A DNA stretch of 64,000 nt, from positions 82,099 to 146,098 of the forward strand of contig JADCCN010000001.1 in NCBI GenBank assembly GCA_020252645.1, in the 5' to 3' direction. Both the position numbers and the translations under genes were made by a program. The DNA is from Methylobacterium sp. (lineage in GTDB: Bacteria; Pseudomonadota; Alphaproteobacteria; Rhizobiales; Beijerinckiaceae). This document shows, one piece after another, positions 59,389-64,000 of this stretch; position 1 is the stretch's first letter, and each line of letters begins with the position of its first letter. Under the pieces are notes generated by a model, which ran no database searches, was not told the DNA's origin, and was given only the letters and a program-made list of their open reading frames with translations.

Positions 59389-60780
59389 ATGATTCCCGTG
59401 GAAACCTATCGCGGCCGCAGGATCGCGCTTTTCGGCCTCGGCGGTTCCGGCATGGCCACCGCCAAGGCGCTGGTCGCGGGCGGGGCGGATGTGACCCTCT
59501 GGGATGATTCGCCCGCGGCGATCGAAAAAGCCCGCGTGGCAGGCCTTCACGCGGCGGATCTGCGCGAACTCGACTGGAAGAGCGTTTCAGCCCTCGTGCT
59601 CTCGCCCGGCGTGCCGCTGACGCATCCCGAGCCGCATTGGAGCGTAAAACTCGCCCATGCGTTTTCCGTGCCGGTGATCGGCGATGTCGATCTCTTCTTC
59701 CGCGAGCGGGCCCGGCGCGCGCCGGATTCCATTGTGGTTTGCATCACCGGCACGAACGGGAAATCCACCACCACGGCCCTGGTTGCGCATCTGCTGCGGG
59801 AAGCCGGGTTCGATGCGCAGATGGGCGGGAACATCGGCACGCCGGTGCTGGAACTTGCGCCGCCGGAGGCGAATGCACCCCGCCGCGTGCATGTGCTGGA
59901 GGTATCCTCCTACCAGATCGATCTCGCGCCGACGATTTCACCGACCATCGGCATCCATCTTAATCTCTCGCCGGACCATATCGACCGGCATGGCAGCTTC
60001 GATCATTACGCGGCCGTGAAGGAACGGATGATCGCACCTTCGCAGATCGCCATTGTGGGGATCGATGATCCGGCCTCGGAAGCGATCGCCATGCGCCATG
60101 CCCGGGCGGGCGGACGCACGGTGACGATCTCGGTTGTGGCGAAGCATGGGGCCTCGATCCATGCCGCGGGTCGCGTGATCACGAACAACCAGGGCGAGAC
60201 GCTGGCCGATCTTGCAGGGATCGGCTCGCTGCGTGGCTCCCATAACGGGCAGAATGCGGCGGCGGCCCTGGCCGCCTGCCTGCAGCTCTCCGTGCCGCGC
60301 GACATCATCCGGAAGGGCCTCGCGACTTTCCCCGGCCTCGCGCATCGCATGGAGCAGATCGGCCGGGTGGGGCGCGCGCTGGTCATCAACGATTCCAAGG
60401 CCACCAACGCCGATTCGACCGGGAAGGCGCTGCTTGCTTTCGAGGACGGCCTGTTCTGGATCTGCGGCGGCAAGGCGAAAGCGGGGGGCATCGCCGATCT
60501 TGCGCCGCTGTTCCCGCGCGTGGCGAAGGCCTACCTCATCGGCGATGCTGCCGGGAGCTTTGCGAAGACGCTCGGCCCTGCCGTGCCGCATGTTCTGTCC
60601 GGCACGCTCGAAGCGGCCGTGAAACAGGCCGCCGAGGATGCGAATCGAAGTTTTTTTGCTGAACCGGTAATCCTTCTTTCACCCTCTTGCGCATCATTTG
60701 ACCAGTTTCCGAATTTCGAGGTGCGGGGACTGGTCTTCCGCGACCTCGTTTCGGCATTGCCGGGTTTCCGGCCCCTCTGA
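59389..60780 (+). CDS. murD: UDP-N-acetylmuramoylalanine--D-glutamate ligase
   Basis: It has ITGTNGKSTTTAL and the expected position in the dcw cluster. Confidence 0.95.
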   Translation: MIPVETYRGRRIALFGLGGSGMATAKALVAGGADVTLWDDSPAAIEKARVAGLHAADLRELDWKSVSALVLSPGVPLTHPEPHWSVKLAHAFSVPVIGDVDLFFRERARRAPDSIVVCITGTNGKSTTTALVAHLLREAGFDAQMGGNIGTPVLELAPPEANAPRRVHVLEVSSYQIDLAPTISPTIGIHLNLSPDHIDRHGSFDHYAAVKERMIAPSQIAIVGIDDPASEAIAMRHARAGGRTVTISVVAKHGASIHAAGRVITNNQGETLADLAGIGSLRGSHNGQNAAAALAACLQLSVPRDIIRKGLATFPGLAHRMEQIGRVGRALVINDSKATNADSTGKALLAFEDGLFWICGGKAKAGGIADLAPLFPRVAKAYLIGDAAGSFAKTLGPAVPHVLSGTLEAAVKQAAEDANRSFFAEPVILLSPSCASFDQFPNFEVRGLVFRDLVSALPGFRPL

Positions 60781-60840
60781 GCGGCAGCGCATCCTGCGCC
60801 GGCCGCCGGAACAGGGGCAGCGCGAGGAGGGGAGGTCGGG

Positions 60841-62013
60841 ATGGTCAGCCGCGCGGAGCGCACGCCCTTCGGCGAATGGTGGTGGACCATCGATCGCTGG
60901 CTGCTCTTCTCTTTCGCGACCCTGATGGTGGCGGGAATTCTGTTCGGCCTTGCGGCTTATCCGCCGGTTGCGAACAAGCTCGGGCTCTCCACCTTCCACT
61001 TCGTGAACCGCCAGGCGATCTTCCTCGTCGCGGCGGGCCTTCTGATGGTGGGAACCTCGTTTCTCTCGCCCCGCCTTGTGCGGCGCCTGGCGCTGATCCT
61101 CTTCATGATCGGCCTTGGCCTCGTCATCGCCACGCTGTTCATCGGCACGGAGATCAAGGGCGCGAAACGCTGGATCTTCATTGGCGGCTTCAACCTGCAG
61201 CCGTCGGAAATCGTGAAGCCCGCCTTTGTCGTGATGAGTGCCTGGGCCTTCTCGCAGGCGATGGAGCGCAAGGACCTGGCGATCCTGCCGCTGGTCATCG
61301 CCCTCGGCCTGCTGCTTTCCGTGACCGTGCCGCTGATCCGCCAGCCCGATCTCGGGCAGACCATCCTGGTTTCGGCGGTCTGGTCGGCAATGTTCTTCCT
61401 CACGGGCCTGCACATCCTCTGGGTACTCGGCCTGATGGGGCTTGGCGCGCTGGGGATCTTCTTCGCCTATCGTTTCCTCGAACACGCGACCGACCGCATC
61501 AACCGCTTCCTCAACAAGGGCGACGCCGACACCTTCAACACCGACCAGGCGCTGGAAAGCTTCTTCCAGGGGGGCTGGCTCGGCCGAGGGCCCGGCGAGG
61601 GCACGGTGAAGCGCAGCCTGCCCGAGAGCCATACGGACTTCCTCTTCGCGGTGATCGGCGAGGAATATGGCGCGATCGTCTGCCTGATGGTGGTGGCCCT
61701 TTTTGCCTTCATCGTCATTCGCGGGCTCATCCTGGCCCGGGAGAATACCGATCCTTTCAGCCGCATCGCGGCGGCGGGTCTGGTGATGCTCTTCGGCCTG
61801 CAAAGCTTCATCAACATGGCGGTGAACCTGAACCTCATCCCGCCGAAGGGCATGACGCTGCCGTTCCTGTCCTATGGCGGCTCCTCGCTGCTTTCGGTGG
61901 GGCTGGCGGCCGGAATGCTGCTCGCCGTGACGCGCCGTAGGCCGAAATCCAGCCTCATTGAGCGCCATCAATCCTATGGCGCGTCCGCATCCGGGGAGCC
62001 TGTCCATGCCTGA
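60841..62013 (+). CDS. ftsW: Peptidoglycan glycosyltransferase / cell division protein FtsW (SEDS family)
   Basis: A 10-TM SEDS protein with ...LQPSEIVKPAF... and ...PESHTDFLFAVIGEEYG.... Confidence 0.93.
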   Translation: MVSRAERTPFGEWWWTIDRWLLFSFATLMVAGILFGLAAYPPVANKLGLSTFHFVNRQAIFLVAAGLLMVGTSFLSPRLVRRLALILFMIGLGLVIATLFIGTEIKGAKRWIFIGGFNLQPSEIVKPAFVVMSAWAFSQAMERKDLAILPLVIALGLLLSVTVPLIRQPDLGQTILVSAVWSAMFFLTGLHILWVLGLMGLGALGIFFAYRFLEHATDRINRFLNKGDADTFNTDQALESFFQGGWLGRGPGEGTVKRSLPESHTDFLFAVIGEEYGAIVCLMVVALFAFIVIRGLILARENTDPFSRIAAAGLVMLFGLQSFINMAVNLNLIPPKGMTLPFLSYGGSSLLSVGLAAGMLLAVTRRRPKSSLIERHQSYGASASGEPVHA

Positions 62014-63115
62014 GGAAAAGCCCCTTATCCTGCTGGCGGCCGGTGGCACCGGCGGGCATCTCTTCCCGGCGGAGGCTCTGGCGATCGAACTCGTCAATCG
62101 CGGCTGCCGCACGGCGCTGGTGACCGACGAACGCATCGCGAGCGGCGACTGGGCCAAGCGTTTCCCCGGCGATGTCTCCACGCTCACGGCCGGCACCGTG
62201 ACGGGCGCGGGCCTCATCGCCAGGGTGACGGGGGCCTTTCGCCTCGCCAAGGGCACGCTGGAAGCACGCGCGCTCATCGCCCGGATGAAGCCGGATGTGG
62301 TCGTGGGTTTCGGCGGCTACCCGACCGTGCCGCCGGTTCTCGCGGCCTCGATGAAGGGCATCCCTACCATCCTGCATGAAGCCAATGCGGTGATGGGCCG
62401 CGCGAATCGCTTCCTTGCCAAGCGCGCCACGCTGATCGCCACGGGCTTTCCCGTGCCGCAACCCGAATGGCCGGAGAAGACCGTGTTCTCCGGCAACCCG
62501 GTGCGCAGGCCGGTGCTGCTCGCGGCGCAAAGCGAATATCATGCGCCGGAGAGGGACGGCGTGCTGAACCTGCTCGTGTTCGGCGGAAGCCTTGGCGCCC
62601 GCGTGATGAGCGAGGTGGTGCCGGCGGCGATGCAGCGGATTTCGCCGGAGCTTCGCGCCCGCCTCGCGATCGTGCAGCAGGCGCGCGAGGAGGATGTGAA
62701 CCGCGTTTCCCGGATCTACGAAGCCCTCCGCGTGAAGCACGAGATTGCCCCGTTCTTCTCCGATCTTCCCCATCGCATCGCCCATGCGCATCTCGTGATC
62801 GCTCGGGCCGGCGCGATGACCGTCACGGAGCTTTCCGTGATCGGCCGGCCCGCGATCCTCGTGCCGCTGCCGGGTTCGCTCGATCAGGATCAGGCGGCGA
62901 ATGCCGCGGTGATCGTTGCGGCGGGCGGCGCGCTCGCCGTGCCGCAGGGCGCCTTCACGCCGGTCTCCCTGGCCGAGATTCTCGAGCGGAAGATGTCGAA
63001 CCCCGAGGGCCTCGCCGAGATGGCGGCGAAAGCCAGGAGCATTGGCATTGCCGATGCCGCCTCGCGCCTTGCCGGGCATGTGTTTTCGGCGCTTTCCAAG
63101 CGCGCAGGCGGCTGA
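62006..63115 (+). CDS. murG: UDP-N-acetylglucosamine--N-acetylmuramyl-(pentapeptide) pyrophosphoryl-undecaprenol N-acetylglucosamine transferase
   Basis: [18 protein letters not shown] is the MurG N-terminal motif. The start was set at ATG 62006, which overlaps the ftsW stop. Confidence 0.93.
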   Translation: MPEEKPLILLAAGGTGGHLFPAEALAIELVNRGCRTALVTDERIASGDWAKRFPGDVSTLTAGTVTGAGLIARVTGAFRLAKGTLEARALIARMKPDVVVGFGGYPTVPPVLAASMKGIPTILHEANAVMGRANRFLAKRATLIATGFPVPQPEWPEKTVFSGNPVRRPVLLAAQSEYHAPERDGVLNLLVFGGSLGARVMSEVVPAAMQRISPELRARLAIVQQAREEDVNRVSRIYEALRVKHEIAPFFSDLPHRIAHAHLVIARAGAMTVTELSVIGRPAILVPLPGSLDQDQAANAAVIVAAGGALAVPQGAFTPVSLAEILERKMSNPEGLAEMAAKARSIGIADAASRLAGHVFSALSKRAGG

Positions 63116-63236
63116 TAGGGCAAAAAGCCGCTCGGTGTCGCGGGCGGATTCGCCCGCGCGGCTCCTGCCGCGTTCCTGCCGCGCTCCTGCGTGCTCCCTG
63201 CCACCCGCGAAAAGACCTCCGCCAGAAATGCCAGCC

Positions 63237-64000
63237 ATGAGAGCCATGAAAATCCCGCGCGAAACCGGCCCGATCCACTTCATCGGGATCGGCGGCATCG
63301 GCATGTCCGGCATCGCGGAGGTGCTCGCGAAATTCGGCTACACCGTGCAGGGCTCGGACGCCGCGGAAAATGCCAATGTTAAGCGCCTGCGCGGGCAGGG
63401 CATCACCTGCTTCGTGGGCCACAAGGCGGAAAACCTTGGCAAGGCGGCTGTGGTTGTGGTCTCGACCGCGATCAAGCGGGACAACCCCGAGCTTCAGGCC
63501 GCGCGCGAGGCGCGCATCCCGGTCGTGCGCCGCGCCGAGATGCTCGCCGAGATCATGCGGTTCCGCTCCTGCGTCGCCATTGCCGGCACGCATGGCAAGA
63601 CGACGACGACATCCCTCGTCGCAACCCTGCTCGACAAGGCGGGGTTCGATCCCACGGTCATCAATGGCGGCATCATCAACGCCTATGGCACCAATGCGCG
63701 CCTCGGCAATGGCGACTGGATGGTGGTGGAAGCCGATGAAAGCGACGGCACCTTCCTGAAGCTGCCGGCGGATGTGGCGATCATCACCAATATCGACCCC
63801 GAGCATCTCGATCATTTTGGCACCTTCGATGCCATCAGGCGCGCCTTCCGCCAGTTGGTTGACAACCTGCCGTTCTACGGCTTCGCGGTGATGTGCCTCG
63901 ACCACCCGACCGTGCAGGATCTCGTGGGCCAGATCGAGGATCGCCGCGTCATCACCTATGGCGAGAACCCGCAAGCCGATTTCTGTATCAGGAACATCGA
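63237..64000 (+). CDS. murC: UDP-N-acetylmuramate--L-alanine ligase (N-terminal part; continues beyond the window end)
   Basis: Own translation: [30 protein letters not shown]...[13 protein letters not shown].... It is absent from the ORF track because it has no stop in the window. The alternative start is 63246. Confidence 0.93.
   Translation, partial: MRAMKIPRETGPIHFIGIGGIGMSGIAEVLAKFGYTVQGSDAAENANVKRLRGQGITCFVGHKAENLGKAAVVVVSTAIKRDNPELQAAREARIPVVRRAEMLAEIMRFRSCVAIAGTHGKTTTTSLVATLLDKAGFDPTVINGGIINAYGTNARLGNGDWMVVEADESDGTFLKLPADVAIITNIDPEHLDHFGTFDAIRRAFRQLVDNLPFYGFAVMCLDHPTVQDLVGQIEDRRVITYGENPQADFCIRNI

Overview
High-G+C alphaproteobacterial (Hyphomicrobiales/Rhizobiales-like) chromosomal segment, densely coding and mostly housekeeping or metabolic. 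No integrase, transposase, CRISPR array or phage gene was seen. All protein family calls come from reading the translations from memory; no searches were run.

Gene content, left to right:
- (1-12.1 kb) An N-methyl-amine type catabolic cluster: partial VanA-like Rieske oxygenase, M29/NicX-like protein, XRE-cupin regulator, solute-binding protein plus permease, creatininase-family protein, GST, soxBDAG heterotetrameric sarcosine oxidase, and a divergent LysR regulator.
- (12.1-12.7 kb) A gene-less stretch full of repeats.
- (12.7-18.2 kb) A LysR regulator plus NAD-linked formate dehydrogenase with a fused NuoE/NuoF-like beta subunit.
- (18.6-23.1 kb) A livKHMGF-type branched-chain amino-acid ABC transporter.
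- (23.4-27.8 kb) RND efflux adaptor and pump.
- (27.9-36.1 kb) glpD, a PstS-like protein translationally coupled to a chemoreceptor-like protein with a degenerate signalling tip, an orphan ferredoxin-reductase, GlcG, and an FlhB-C-terminal-like/FliK-like pair.
- (36.2-40.5 kb) ettA, a small GIY-YIG nuclease gene tightly bracketed by structured palindromic repeats, a low-G+C orphan gene, and an MBL-fold hydrolase.
- (40.5-46.3 kb) SahR-like regulator, metF, metH.
- (46.3-48.5 kb) Proline-racemase-family enzyme with a Cys/Thr catalytic pair, an AmpD-like amidase, and a glycine-zipper lipoprotein.
- (48.6-49.0 kb) RNase P RNA, which the ORF track cannot show.
- (49.1-50.7 kb) A beta-class DNA methyltransferase fused to an Mrr-like nuclease domain. 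It carries an in-frame TAA and a compositionally foreign target-recognition domain.
- (51.3-64.0 kb) The dcw cluster mraZ-rsmH-ftsL-ftsI-murE-murF-mraY-murD-ftsW-murG-murC.

Intergenic DNA is dominated by two families of mosaic or palindromic repeats. The most novel-looking signals are:
- the GIY-YIG/palindromic-repeat unit, which resembles a REP/RAYT unit;
- the CTAG-ended repeats that supply stop codons to four genes;
- the mosaic, disrupted methyltransferase-nuclease fusion next to rnpB.
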